From an uncultured virus (IMG/VR IMGVR_UViG_3300011547_000001) (Duplodnaviria > Heunggongvirae > Uroviricota > Caudoviricetes), in IMG/VR virus record IMGVR_UViG_3300011547_000001: a stretch of DNA of 64,000 nucleotides; one strand, given 5' to 3'. Both the position numbers and the translations under genes were made by a program. This document shows, piece by piece, positions 20,093-30,134 of the stretch; within the stretch, counting starts at the first letter, position 1; the number at the start of each line of letters is the position of its first letter. Below the pieces are notes generated by a model. It worked only from the letters and a program-made list of their open reading frames with translations. It was not told where the DNA came from and ran no database searches.

Positions 20093-22317
20093 TGAGATGC
20101 TCCGATACCGGGAACGTGAATGTCACCCTTCATATCCGGCAGTCCATCCAGAATGGCCATCGCGGTGTACTCACCAGTATTATCCGGCGTGAGGTCGCTT
20201 GGCCGCTCATGACGGAGCGTATGACCAGAGTCAGACAACATGCCGGACGACATCCGGATAGCACGGTTGTACCCGTACTCATGCGGCTTGACGATCTGAT
20301 CGATGTTGAAGGAGTCGTGTGCGCGAATCAACCGCATCGTCATCAAGTCCCTCAGCTCTGGCGAGTATGCCATGGCGAGCTGCTTGACGACTTCCGTCGG
20401 TCCCACCTGGCTGACCCGCAGCCTGGCCTCCGTTTCACCGGAGTTACGGTTCCAGATATCGCGAATGAAGCTGGCATATTTGTTGGTGTCGTTGAGTTTC
20501 GCTGGCATGCCGAACGGGTTGGATACCGGTAGCGCCTGCGCACTCATGTCCGTACCGAACTTGTCCAGCAACATGAAGTGCTGGTTGGTGATCAGAACGG
20601 GGTTGATGGACCGCACACGCTCACCCAGGGAGTCGGTGAACGTAATGTGCTCTGGTTTGTAGCTGTAGACCTTGCGCAGCTCCTTGATGATGTCAGCCCC
20701 GTAGAGCTTGGTATCGCTTCGGACTTGTACGCTGATCTGCGTCTTCGCAACGTGTTCAACGAACTCCTGCATGACCTCCTTATCGGTGATCGAGTTTTTC
20801 ACGATCTCCGCATATTCAGGGAAGCCGGTCTCGAAGAACAACATCAACTTAGAGTACGCCAGGTCGTAGTCTTTCGCTTTGACCGCAGCCTTCACTTCCT
20901 TGTGAATATTGATGTTGATGAAGTTGATACTCTGTTCCATGAGCATCGAGTAGATCTGCCGCCGGAACGCCGGGTTGTTGTTGATGATGATGTCAGCATA
21001 AGTGCCGTCGTCATACATCGGTGCCTCGTGCTGAGGAATCACCTTCACGATTACGCCTTTATCGGCGTTGATCCCCGACATCTTGAACTTGGTGCGGCCC
21101 GGCACGATCTCCCGCAAGGTAATGAAGATGTTCCAGTCTTTCAGCTTGTTACGCTTGATGCCACGGCTGAGTGGGTTGATTCGTCCGTTCTGGTTGACGG
21201 TGTAGTTGCCGTAGGCGTTGTTGATGAAGTTGGCCAGGGCATCGGTAATGTCGATGTCGTTGCCGCGGTTAGCTGCGATCTTGCTGTTGTACCAGCGCAG
21301 CACATCGTTCCACATTTCGTTCTGCTTCTTCTCGTAGATTTCGAGCAGTTTGTTGTGTGGTTGGGCGATGTACTCGGTGGAGCGGTTGTTGGAGCGGTTC
21401 TTCATGCGGTCGCTGAGAACATCCACCGCCATGACTTCAGCGTTGGGCGATGCACGGAACAGGATATCGCGTTTCCAGTCTGGGCGGGTAAGCGCCTTCT
21501 TGGTAAGCGACACCAGTGCGTTCTCGGTAATGCGGCGGCGGAAGCCCATGACCAGGCCATCGTCGCGAATGCGCTCGCCACTCTCTGGGAATGGACGGTC
21601 TCCGTACAACATCAACGGAACCCACTCATCCTCATTCCAGGAGAAGTTACGCTCGTGCTTGAACACGCAACGGAGTTTCTCGTGTGCGCACACGTCAGTA
21701 ATGACGATACCGTCCTCTTCAGTTGCCCCGAACGACGCTGGAGCTACTTTAAGGTCAGTGCCGAACATCCACTCGCCAGATGAGCTCACTCGCGGGCTCT
21801 TGGCGAACCAGGTGCCTTTGGGGAAGAACGCACCTTTTACGAGCTTGGACATGACCGGCTTGTTGGGAACGTACTCGAACCCAACGTAGGTGTTCTGCAT
21901 GTTGTAGCGTGGAATTTCCAGGATGTCGTATTTGTTCTTCTCGTCGTTCTTAAACAGAACAAAGATCGAATGCCACTTGTCCGTGAGTTCCGGGTTTTCG
22001 CTACTGACGTCAGTACTGCGAACGTAGAACACTTCCTCGACTACCATGTGCGACGGTGCTTCAATGCGGCGAGCCGCTTCAGCGTATTGGTACTCGTAGC
22101 CGGTGATGATCTTACGTTCAGAGGCGCCGTTGGTGTGTACTGCTTTTGGAACCATGTTCCCGATCATGTACATACGCGTAGGCGCAGCACTCCACGGAAA
22201 AGGTACCAGGTTGGAACAAACACCCATGATCATCGGGTGGATCTGATTCTCCGGTTTCTGAAACTTCAGCTTACTTGGTGGACCGTCAGATTTCTTACCC
22301 ACTAAAGAACTCCTCAT
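20089..22317 (-). CDS. Non-virion RNA polymerase beta C-terminal subunit (phiKZ gp71-73-like), intron-free
   Basis: LVPFP..RMYM.GNM, EEDGIVI, KMSG...DKGV, DIIIN, NSGETE. Confidence 0.85.
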   Translation of the reverse strand: MRSSLVGKKSDGPPSKLKFQKPENQIHPMIMGVCSNLVPFPWSAAPTRMYMIGNMVPKAVHTNGASERKIITGYEYQYAEAARRIEAPSHMVVEEVFYVRSTDVSSENPELTDKWHSIFVLFKNDEKNKYDILEIPRYNMQNTYVGFEYVPNKPVMSKLVKGAFFPKGTWFAKSPRVSSSGEWMFGTDLKVAPASFGATEEDGIVITDVCAHEKLRCVFKHERNFSWNEDEWVPLMLYGDRPFPESGERIRDDGLVMGFRRRITENALVSLTKKALTRPDWKRDILFRASPNAEVMAVDVLSDRMKNRSNNRSTEYIAQPHNKLLEIYEKKQNEMWNDVLRWYNSKIAANRGNDIDITDALANFINNAYGNYTVNQNGRINPLSRGIKRNKLKDWNIFITLREIVPGRTKFKMSGINADKGVIVKVIPQHEAPMYDDGTYADIIINNNPAFRRQIYSMLMEQSINFININIHKEVKAAVKAKDYDLAYSKLMLFFETGFPEYAEIVKNSITDKEVMQEFVEHVAKTQISVQVRSDTKLYGADIIKELRKVYSYKPEHITFTDSLGERVRSINPVLITNQHFMLLDKFGTDMSAQALPVSNPFGMPAKLNDTNKYASFIRDIWNRNSGETEARLRVSQVGPTEVVKQLAMAYSPELRDLMTMRLIRAHDSFNIDQIVKPHEYGYNRAIRMSSGMLSDSGHTLRHERPSDLTPDNTGEYTAMAILDGLPDMKGDIHVPGIGASQ

Positions 22318-22411
22318 TAGGATCGACCTAATCTGAAATCAGATCAATGTTTTATCTTCCCAGCTGATGATATAGGTTTAAAATCAGATAGCCAGGCTTT
22401 AGGAGCTTCAC

Positions 22412-22735
22412 ATGCCCATTGTCAACTACGACGCTTCAAAAGAGGTGTACTACACCGAACGCTTCAAAGCGCTGGTGCGGTCGCAGAAGGAATTTCTCCT
22501 GCGTTACGCTACCACGATTACCCTTACTAATCGTAATCGCGTGTACGCATTCAAAAACGATTTCTATCGCCTACTCAGGGACAACAAAGTCCCACAGCAT
22601 CTCTGGTGGACGGTGGCTTTCCTGAATGGGATTGAAGACCCCAACCAGGACATTACCGGTCTTCACATAATTTACAACGTCGACCAAAGCGTACTGGATA
22701 AATGCCTAGTGCGTAGTAATACCAAAGCTGGTTGA
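22412..22735 (+). CDS. Small protein, weak resemblance to LysM/T4 gp53-like baseplate wedge proteins
   Basis: 107 aa, RBS AGGAG, motif LWWTVAFLNGIEDP. Confidence 0.5.
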   Translation: MPIVNYDASKEVYYTERFKALVRSQKEFLLRYATTITLTNRNRVYAFKNDFYRLLRDNKVPQHLWWTVAFLNGIEDPNQDITGLHIIYNVDQSVLDKCLVRSNTKAG

Positions 22736-22760
22736 ATAAAAACAAAAGCAGCATAGAACG

Positions 22761-22786
22761 GTAGCCGGGGGATATCCCCCGGCTAC
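22761..22786. terminator. Perfect palindromic hairpin between convergent genes
   Basis: gtagccggggg-atat-cccccggctac. Confidence 0.75.
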
Positions 22787-22803
22787 TATTCCATTATGGC
22801 CGC

Positions 22804-24264
22804 TTAGTAGGTCGCGGTTTGAGTGTGGTAAGCGTCACCGCCGTTGTAGCCACCGTGTGCCAGCTGTTGGTTCACAGCTGCACCACCTGCGGTTACAGGA
22901 CGAGCCATCATCATGCCGTTATAGCCCATCATGTTTGGCATCATGCCGGGCATCATATTCGGCATCATCCCAGGTACCATCATGTTGTTCACCATTCCCG
23001 GTACCATCATGGCTGCCATTTGAGCCGCCATGGCGTTGCCCTCGTTACGCTGCAACAGGTTGCCGCGAGCGGTGCAGAGGTAGATGACCGGAGTACCATT
23101 CATGGTGACTGCGTGGTGGATTACGCGAGCGTTGACGGTATCGATCTCGGTGCGCTGCCAGCGATCGCCTGGGTTGAGGATCGGTACCGTGAGATCGAAG
23201 CCCGCATTGGACGCCATTTGCTGGAGCTGCTGGTTGGGCTGAGACGCACCCTGAACAGCTTGCTGTGGCGTGCTGTTGATCGCCATGAGCCCTGCGAAGT
23301 TCTGCTGAACCTGCTGGGTGGCAACATCCGGGGTTTCGTCCTGGGTGTTGTGGCTGTTGTAGTCCAGCACCGGCACTTGGCGATAGATGTCATCCAGCTC
23401 GTCCAGGCGCTCGAACCAGTCCACATCGATCGGATAGATGCCAGCCTTGTCGAACTCTGCCCGGAAGAGATTCTGGACGCGGTTCATTTGGCCGGCGATC
23501 TCGCAGTAGCAGCCCAGATAGGAAACCAGGCGAGCGCCAGTCGATTGATACGACTCGTACTCGATGGCTTCCGGATCCAGCACCGCAGGCACCAGAGACT
23601 TGAACAGATGAGCCGCCAGCTTGAGTGCGCCACGGGAGATGCTGTGACCGCCGAATTCCACGAGGTGGCCGTCAGGCTCGCCTTCCGAACGAGTCAGACG
23701 CTTGGTGAGTTCGTTGTAGAACGGGAAGACCGGCTTGGTCTTGTAATACACGCGCTCGCCAGTACGCTGACTACGACCGCCACCCTTGGTCACCTTGAAG
23801 TGGATGAACCGCATGTCGATGCCGTTGTCGTCGATCTCGACTGGGATGCGAGTGTACAACTCGTTCATCTCTTCCAGTACGGAACGCTTGACCGACTTCA
23901 GCGGCGCCATCATGTCGAGGGTCGCTTGGTTCCAGGCTTTCTTTTCCTTGCCCGCCGCACCGATCAGAACGATCGGGAATTTGCGGTAGGCATCCAGCAG
24001 GCGCATCATGGTCATGCGACGAATGACCTTGAAGACCTCGGTTTCCTTGGACAGGATGTTTTCACAGGCCGGGTGGAAGAAGACCTTGCCGATACAGTTA
24101 CCTTCGAGAACTTCGGAGGTCGGCAGGAACATCGGCATGCCGTCGATGGTGATCGGCACGTCATCCGGAGCACCGCTGATACGGAAGACGATTTGGCCGT
24201 CATCCTTGATCACGGCACCCCAGGATTGGAGCATTGCCTTGTAAAGCTTGTTGAGTTCGTTCAT
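22804..24264 (-). CDS. Conserved chimallivirus core protein (phiKZ gp70-like) with a Met/Gln-rich low-complexity tail
   Basis: 486 aa, located between the PicA-like gene and the nvRNAP beta gene. Confidence 0.6.
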   Translation of the reverse strand: MNELNKLYKAMLQSWGAVIKDDGQIVFRISGAPDDVPITIDGMPMFLPTSEVLEGNCIGKVFFHPACENILSKETEVFKVIRRMTMMRLLDAYRKFPIVLIGAAGKEKKAWNQATLDMMAPLKSVKRSVLEEMNELYTRIPVEIDDNGIDMRFIHFKVTKGGGRSQRTGERVYYKTKPVFPFYNELTKRLTRSEGEPDGHLVEFGGHSISRGALKLAAHLFKSLVPAVLDPEAIEYESYQSTGARLVSYLGCYCEIAGQMNRVQNLFRAEFDKAGIYPIDVDWFERLDELDDIYRQVPVLDYNSHNTQDETPDVATQQVQQNFAGLMAINSTPQQAVQGASQPNQQLQQMASNAGFDLTVPILNPGDRWQRTEIDTVNARVIHHAVTMNGTPVIYLCTARGNLLQRNEGNAMAAQMAAMMVPGMVNNMMVPGMMPNMMPGMMPNMMGYNGMMMARPVTAGGAAVNQQLAHGGYNGGDAYHTQTATY

Positions 24265-24276
24265 TTGTTCCGTCCG

Positions 24277-25710
24277 TTAAGAGGCGAAGTGGTCAGTGAT
24301 ACTGTCCATAAAGTTACGGGCCTGATCCAGACTGGCCTGGCTTGGCGTGACGTTCGAGCTGGTGCGGTTGATGTTGTAAGTAGCGTTAACGAAACGCTGC
24401 TTGCCTGCCTCGTTGTCATCGAAGTGGATGAAGACCGAGGTTTCGCCGAACACCGAACACTTCACCTCCACGCTCAGAATCGTGGAGTTATGGATGTATC
24501 CCGTGCTGTAACGGCTGAAGAATTCGATCTCCATACGGTTCTTGAAGTCTTCAACACGCTGGTCGGCGTAATCGTCCCCGTCGAGAACGGAGGTGAATTC
24601 GCCGTGCGCCCAGCCGACGGAGTTCTCCATCGCGTTCAGTTCGACTGGGTTGTTGGTGGCCGCGAAGTGCAGCGAGGTCAGTCCAACGCTCATCAGGACG
24701 TGGGTGGTGACGAACGCCAGTTCCGATGCGATGATCTCGTGAGGGGACATCGAACCGTACGGATTGGAGTCCAGAGTGTTGTTGTGGGAACCGAAGTCGG
24801 TAGTCCGCAACAGACGCAGGTCCAGTACCTGAGGAAGGTTCGGGAACACCGTCATCAGTTCGCCGACGCTCCAGCCTTGGAACCCGTTCATCATGTTCAT
24901 CTGACCGAGACGGAACATCATGATCTGGAAGAACTCGTTGTCCGAGGTCGAGATCTCATTGATGCTTGGGCCGAGGCTTTCGCTGAACGCGTTTTCGATA
25001 CCGAAGGCGCTGTGCGTCGCCGATACCTGGGTTGCAATACGCAACAGCTCGCGACTGTGGTGGGTCGGGTTGAGGTTGTTGGTCTTGGACGGCTGGACGG
25101 TCTTCGACAGGTTGCTGTTCATCAGACCAGTGTAGTTGTTGAGGTTACCGTTTGGATCGGTACCCACTGCCAACATGCCCAGGGATTCGTTGGCCACGTC
25201 CATCGGGCGAATGGCGCGAATGTCCTTGACCATGTAGGGATCGCCCATGAGGAACTGGTTGGACGAGGTCACCGTACTGGAACGCATCGGCATGCCGAGG
25301 TTGTCTTGGCGATTGCGACTATCCACAGCCCAGGCACGGACCGGAACGATCATGGTGCTTGGATCAATCCCGTTTTCATCAGCGCCACCGCCGGTGAGGT
25401 AAACCATCACCGCCAGTTCGACTTCGCTCAGGGCGTTCTTGGTAACGGTGAACTTCAACACACCGATGCCACGACGGACGTTGAAACCATCCTCGATGCT
25501 CACGATCCCGTGAGGGTTAGCCGACAGGGAGCCGGACTGAGCCGCGATCTGCGCCAAGGTGGTGCCTTTAACGCCACCCTGGAATTGTTCCATCTTCAGT
25601 GTGTCGATGGCCTGGGAGTTCAGGTTGAGGATGTTGTTGCGGTGCACGTGGTCGTGGTTCTGGTTGCCCATGCCGAAACGTGCCAGGTTCAAAGTAATTT
25701 CGCCGCTCAT
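24277..25710 (-). CDS. picA: Probable phage-nucleus protein importer PicA/Imp1 (phiKZ gp69-like)
   Basis: 477 aa, directly downstream of the sigma-like nvRNAP subunit. Assigned by synteny and size. Confidence 0.6.
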   Translation of the reverse strand: MSGEITLNLARFGMGNQNHDHVHRNNILNLNSQAIDTLKMEQFQGGVKGTTLAQIAAQSGSLSANPHGIVSIEDGFNVRRGIGVLKFTVTKNALSEVELAVMVYLTGGGADENGIDPSTMIVPVRAWAVDSRNRQDNLGMPMRSSTVTSSNQFLMGDPYMVKDIRAIRPMDVANESLGMLAVGTDPNGNLNNYTGLMNSNLSKTVQPSKTNNLNPTHHSRELLRIATQVSATHSAFGIENAFSESLGPSINEISTSDNEFFQIMMFRLGQMNMMNGFQGWSVGELMTVFPNLPQVLDLRLLRTTDFGSHNNTLDSNPYGSMSPHEIIASELAFVTTHVLMSVGLTSLHFAATNNPVELNAMENSVGWAHGEFTSVLDGDDYADQRVEDFKNRMEIEFFSRYSTGYIHNSTILSVEVKCSVFGETSVFIHFDDNEAGKQRFVNATYNINRTSSNVTPSQASLDQARNFMDSITDHFAS

Positions 25711-25726
25711 TGTGAACTCGCTTATG

Positions 25727-27310
25727 TCAATCGTTGATTTTGTGGATCAGGTCCATGAACTCTGCTTTGATTTCAACATCGATCTCAAGTGGGAACAGAG
25801 CACCTGGTTTAACTCGCTGGTAAACCTCGGGGTTGTCCAACACCCCATATTCCAGATTGGACTGCCACATCCCGTTACCTAACAGCTGGAGAAACTGGGT
25901 TGCGGATACCAAGGCTTCGTTGAACGACTTGCCCTCGTTATTACGAGTCTGGATTTCACAGATGGACGCCAGGTAGGTCCTGTCATCCGTTGTAAGACGC
26001 AAACCATCCGACAGGCTACGCATGCCATTAGGATCATGGATAGCACCGAGGATAGAAGGAAGGTACCGATAGCCGCGCTCGCTCAGTTTTACCTGTGCCA
26101 GCACGATGGCCGACATGAGCTGATAATAACGGCAGGCATCCCAGATAAATGGGGATACGACCGGACCATCTAATTCATACGCCAGTTGCAAAAGTTTGCG
26201 TGTATGGTCTCCCAAATAGAAGTCCCAGTTCTTGGGGAGATTGTCGTAAACACGCTCAACCAGAGCTTCCCGTTCGATACTCAGGCCAATGCACTGGTGT
26301 TTGAAGCGATCTACCGTCCGTTCTACTTCGTTCTCGTCGAACAGACCGAAACTGAAGTACTCGGCTTCTTTCACTTCGTCGGAAGACTTGATCTCTTCGC
26401 TCAGCTGGTATTTATCCAGCATGGAACGTTTGTCTTCGTCGTCGTCGGTTGGACGCTCTTTGTCCCGGAAGGTTGCACCGCCGGTTTCGTGCAGGAGCAT
26501 CGCCGAGTTGATAGCCGTGGCGAGGTTCTTTCCTTCATCGGTTTCAGGGATCATCGCGCAGCACAGACGGCTGAACAAGGTGTTGTACAGAACCTTGTAA
26601 ACGAAGTTCTCGCGACTGGTCACGCTTTCAACCTGTATCGGTGTACCGCGTTTATCAAACGCGTAACGAACATAGGTCGTCAGCTTACGCCAACCAGGCA
26701 GGTTGGTGATGTGCGCGTTGTCTTTGATCAGCTTACCGCAGACCAACTCAGCCTGCCCAGGCGCCATGTACTGATCAAACCGTGAGATCAGACCGAACAC
26801 GATCGGATAAGCACCAGCGCGGGTTACGTAAGCCAGTTTGGCCAGCTCAACGTAATCCTGATCCATGATCGTGGTTTCTTCGGGGTAGTCACCCTTACTG
26901 GCCGCTTTACTCAGATCCTTTGGAATCTTGAGATGGCGGTCAGAGTACTGGATGAACGAGCAGTACTTGTGCACGTTGATCAGCGTGTAGATCTCGTTGA
27001 GGATCGGCTCAATCAGTTTGAGGTCTTCTTCGTAGAGGGTGAACTTGCCGTTGTCAACAACAGCATGTGCTTTCTCGTACAGCTTGAAGAGTTCTTCTTG
27101 CTTCTTGACGTCCATGGTTGCGTCGACGTACTCGTTAAAGCAGTCGAAGAGGTTGCCTTCTGGTTCCTNNNNNNNNNNNNNNNNNNNNNNNNNCACGCGC
27201 TCCAGCTTGATGCTGGCTTTACCTGTGAACTTGATAACGTGCGCATTGAAGGAAACGATGATGTGTTCAATCTGTTTCTTCGAACTGCGACTGATGTCAA
27301 TGGAAAACAT
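25727..27310 (-). CDS. Non-virion RNAP promoter-specificity (sigma-like) subunit (phiKZ gp68-like)
   Basis: About 527 aa with an N gap and an early-promoter motif upstream. Position fits the core block. Confidence 0.65.
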   Translation of the reverse strand: MFSIDISRSSKKQIEHIIVSFNAHVIKFTGKASIKLERVXXXXXXXXXEPEGNLFDCFNEYVDATMDVKKQEELFKLYEKAHAVVDNGKFTLYEEDLKLIEPILNEIYTLINVHKYCSFIQYSDRHLKIPKDLSKAASKGDYPEETTIMDQDYVELAKLAYVTRAGAYPIVFGLISRFDQYMAPGQAELVCGKLIKDNAHITNLPGWRKLTTYVRYAFDKRGTPIQVESVTSRENFVYKVLYNTLFSRLCCAMIPETDEGKNLATAINSAMLLHETGGATFRDKERPTDDDEDKRSMLDKYQLSEEIKSSDEVKEAEYFSFGLFDENEVERTVDRFKHQCIGLSIEREALVERVYDNLPKNWDFYLGDHTRKLLQLAYELDGPVVSPFIWDACRYYQLMSAIVLAQVKLSERGYRYLPSILGAIHDPNGMRSLSDGLRLTTDDRTYLASICEIQTRNNEGKSFNEALVSATQFLQLLGNGMWQSNLEYGVLDNPEVYQRVKPGALFPLEIDVEIKAEFMDLIHKIND

Positions 27311-27406
27311 TCATTAAACACTCCACTAGTTTAACTCACCAGGATAATATAGTTTTCTATTTTTCCAGCCTGGTATGAAAAATCGATTATCAGCTATAAG
27401 GTAAAT

Positions 27407-27430
27407 GGGTGAGGGCACCTGCCCTCACCC
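27407..27430 (-). terminator. Hairpin downstream of the ChmC-like gene
   Basis: gggtgagggca-cc-tgccctcaccc. Confidence 0.65.
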
Positions 27431-27443
27431 TATTCACGCCTGC

Positions 27444-28142
27444 TTAGAAGTCAGGGTCGTCGAACTCGCCGTCGTCGAAGTTGTTGTTATTGTTGTTGTT
27501 CTGCGGACGGTTGTTCTGACCGGAGTCATTGCGCGGCTTCGGCGGTTCCCAGGCGTTGGCTTCCATCTCGTCGAGGATAGGACGGTGGAATTGGACGTAC
27601 GCCCGCACCGACCAGCGCGACATGGCACCACGGTCTTCGACAACTTGACCGTCTTCATTTTTCATCATGATCACGAGATCACGGATGCCCTTGAAGATGA
27701 AGACAGCCTTGTAGTCGCCCTTGCTCCAGCCCAGGGAGATCACGCCATCGTCGCCACGAGTAACGACGTAGTTGACCTGAGCGATCGGGCTGTCGGACAT
27801 GCGGCCGCCGCCAGGACCTTGGATGAACTGCTTCTTGCGCGGAGTGATCTTGCGCATGCCGAACTTGTCGTTGGTGGTAGCTTCCAGGAGCGCTTCGAAA
27901 AGCACACCGCGGTCACCCCAGTCCATCTCGACTTCTTTGTGCGTGTTCTTGGAACCTTCCTTGAAGATGCCGTCATGGACCTTGGCCACGATGGCGCCGT
28001 TGTTCTTCTGTTCCCACATGAACTGCGCTGGGTACTTCGCGCCCGGCAGCGGCTCTTCGGTGGTCGGAAGCGGCGGACGGTAATCGTTGAGGATGAACTT
28101 TTTGCGGTACTGCGGTTTCGGTTGTCCGTTGTTATTGCTCAT
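27444..28142 (-). CDS. chmC: Probable nucleus-associated nucleic-acid-binding protein ChmC (phiKZ gp67-like)
   Basis: 232 aa immediately upstream of the sigma-like subunit, with an Asn-rich, acidic disordered tail (NNNNNNNFDDGEFDDPDF). Confidence 0.6.
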   Translation of the reverse strand: MSNNNGQPKPQYRKKFILNDYRPPLPTTEEPLPGAKYPAQFMWEQKNNGAIVAKVHDGIFKEGSKNTHKEVEMDWGDRGVLFEALLEATTNDKFGMRKITPRKKQFIQGPGGGRMSDSPIAQVNYVVTRGDDGVISLGWSKGDYKAVFIFKGIRDLVIMMKNEDGQVVEDRGAMSRWSVRAYVQFHRPILDEMEANAWEPPKPRNDSGQNNRPQNNNNNNNFDDGEFDDPDF

Positions 28143-28208
28143 GATTACCTATCCTGGAAATTGTTCTGCTTCAATAATAATTGGGGTTCAGTTAAAAGAT
28201 GATGCCTG

Positions 28209-28997
28209 TTACAGCATCATCAGCAAGCCTGCCCGATCTACGCCTTGTGGGAGATCATTGATGTTAGACCTTACACGGCTCATGGTCGTGGCTGGTGTCC
28301 ATTTGTGATCAGCAGCAAGCTTCTTCACGAGGTTCTTGATGCCGATCGAACTGGAACGGAAGTTAGTAGAACGGTCACCAAAGATCTGGATCGTCAGGCG
28401 ATTGAACGGCATGTAGTGCAGCTCATCGCCTCCGGTCAGCTTGGTGTACCATTGGGTGTAGGGCTTAATCGCACCCGTGCGCGACTCAAAGAGGTAAAGC
28501 CGAGTAACCGCGGTGGTATCAACCAGATCGATTACGTGATGGGTCATGACAACGCCATTCCCCTTAAAATCAGGAAGACCCATTACTGTCTTCTCGATCA
28601 GCTTTTCGTACTTCTTGAGAAGGATCTTGATTGCACCGTCTACAACACGAACCCGCTCTTTCTGCTTCTCGGTCTTTGCCTCTGCCCGATCAGCGTATTT
28701 GAACTTGAGCTTAAAGATCGCGTAGGATGGGCAATAGACGATCAGCTTAACCGGTTTGCCCAAACGGTTGGCTTCTAACCACTTGGCGATTAGCACCATG
28801 TCCGCTTCTACATCCTTGGCGATTTGTTCCTCGTCCTTGCGCTCGCGGTCCTCGGTTTCATAGGCTTCAATAGCGTTACGGATCAGCGTGCGGAGATTGA
28901 ACATCATCACGTCAGCTGTCCGTATGCTATCCGTCCCACTGTTCTCAAAAGCAAGGGACGTCGCAGCAGACATCCCTAACGCACCTAAAGCTCTCAT
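28209..28997 (-). CDS. Conserved hypothetical core protein
   Basis: 262 aa, translationally coupled to sbcD. Confidence 0.7.
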   Translation of the reverse strand: MRALGALGMSAATSLAFENSGTDSIRTADVMMFNLRTLIRNAIEAYETEDRERKDEEQIAKDVEADMVLIAKWLEANRLGKPVKLIVYCPSYAIFKLKFKYADRAEAKTEKQKERVRVVDGAIKILLKKYEKLIEKTVMGLPDFKGNGVVMTHHVIDLVDTTAVTRLYLFESRTGAIKPYTQWYTKLTGGDELHYMPFNRLTIQIFGDRSTNFRSSSIGIKNLVKKLAADHKWTPATTMSRVRSNINDLPQGVDRAGLLMML

Positions 28998-30118
28998 TAG
29001 AGAAACTCCTGAAGCACATTCAGCGCTTCATCTTTGGAGATGGCCAGTTGTTCGAAGCGTGGTTCAGCCTCTTCCCAGATATGAGCTGCAATATTTTCCT
29101 TAACCAGTGTGATCCCTTCGTAAATCCGATGGTCGGACTCATCGTCAGAAAGCAGCTGATCTTTGGCCTTGGTGGTTTCAGAGTCAAAGCCCATCAAAGG
29201 GTATTCCCTGGCCATAACTTCCAGCACAGGGCCCACTACAAGACTAGAACCACCCACTACACGCAGCTGGCTAAACGCCGGCATTTTGTTCTCACGAATG
29301 CACGCGTGGATATCTTTCACCAACTGCAACGCTTGAATGTTAGGCTCAACGTTCAGCGTGATATACGGAAGGGCGTTCTTGTTTTCATAGAAGAAGGATT
29401 CAAACACATCGGTCTTTTTATCAAACTCGATGCGGTACCCGCCCTTCGCATGTTCCTCCCCGTGCGCCGTGCGGTCAAAAGAACCTGACCGACGAAGTTT
29501 ACCTTTGGACACAGGGGTATGAATGTGACCCGCCAGGATGTAGTGACGGGTAATGGTCTCCCAGCGTTCCAGGCTATGGCCTTTATGCCGGACCTTGGTG
29601 TGCAGCTCAAAGTCGAAAGCAAAGTGAGCACAGACAATATCGACCATGTCCATATTGTTTTCTTTGAGCACCTTGAGCGCCAACTCCCATATTTCATCGG
29701 GAGTAAGAGCGCCCATGTTGTCAGGCACATACATGATGGTCAAGCCATCGAGCTGCTCGTATGTGTGAACGCACAAGGTATCCACGTAACGAACGTCCAT
29801 ACCCTCAGGCGCGAGGTGTACGAAGTGCTCAGGCTGCCCCCAGTCATGGGAGGAGGTGCCTTCTAACCACACGGCAATCATTTTCGGATTGATCGAATGG
29901 CTTTGATGAAGGTAGTTACCTCCCCACTTGGTTACTGCTTTACCCTCAGCCTGCTTGAAGTTAACAAGGTCTTCCATGAAGTCACCACCGAAAATGACAA
30001 TGTCAGTCTTGGCGGGGTCATGATCAACAACGAGAAACTTCGAAAGGTTGCCCAGCACATGATGAGTGGGCGTCCTTTTGTGCGCGGTGTGCTGATCAGA
30101 TGTCCATAGAAGCCGCAT
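28997..30118 (-). CDS. sbcD: SbcD/Mre11-like metallophosphoesterase nuclease
   Basis: TSDQH, FGGDF, EGTSSHD, LAGHIH, SGSFDR. Confidence 0.85.
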   Translation of the reverse strand: MRLLWTSDQHTAHKRTPTHHVLGNLSKFLVVDHDPAKTDIVIFGGDFMEDLVNFKQAEGKAVTKWGGNYLHQSHSINPKMIAVWLEGTSSHDWGQPEHFVHLAPEGMDVRYVDTLCVHTYEQLDGLTIMYVPDNMGALTPDEIWELALKVLKENNMDMVDIVCAHFAFDFELHTKVRHKGHSLERWETITRHYILAGHIHTPVSKGKLRRSGSFDRTAHGEEHAKGGYRIEFDKKTDVFESFFYENKNALPYITLNVEPNIQALQLVKDIHACIRENKMPAFSQLRVVGGSSLVVGPVLEVMAREYPLMGFDSETTKAKDQLLSDDESDHRIYEGITLVKENIAAHIWEEAEPRFEQLAISKDEALNVLQEFL

Positions 30119-30134
30119 GTTTACTCCTTACTGA

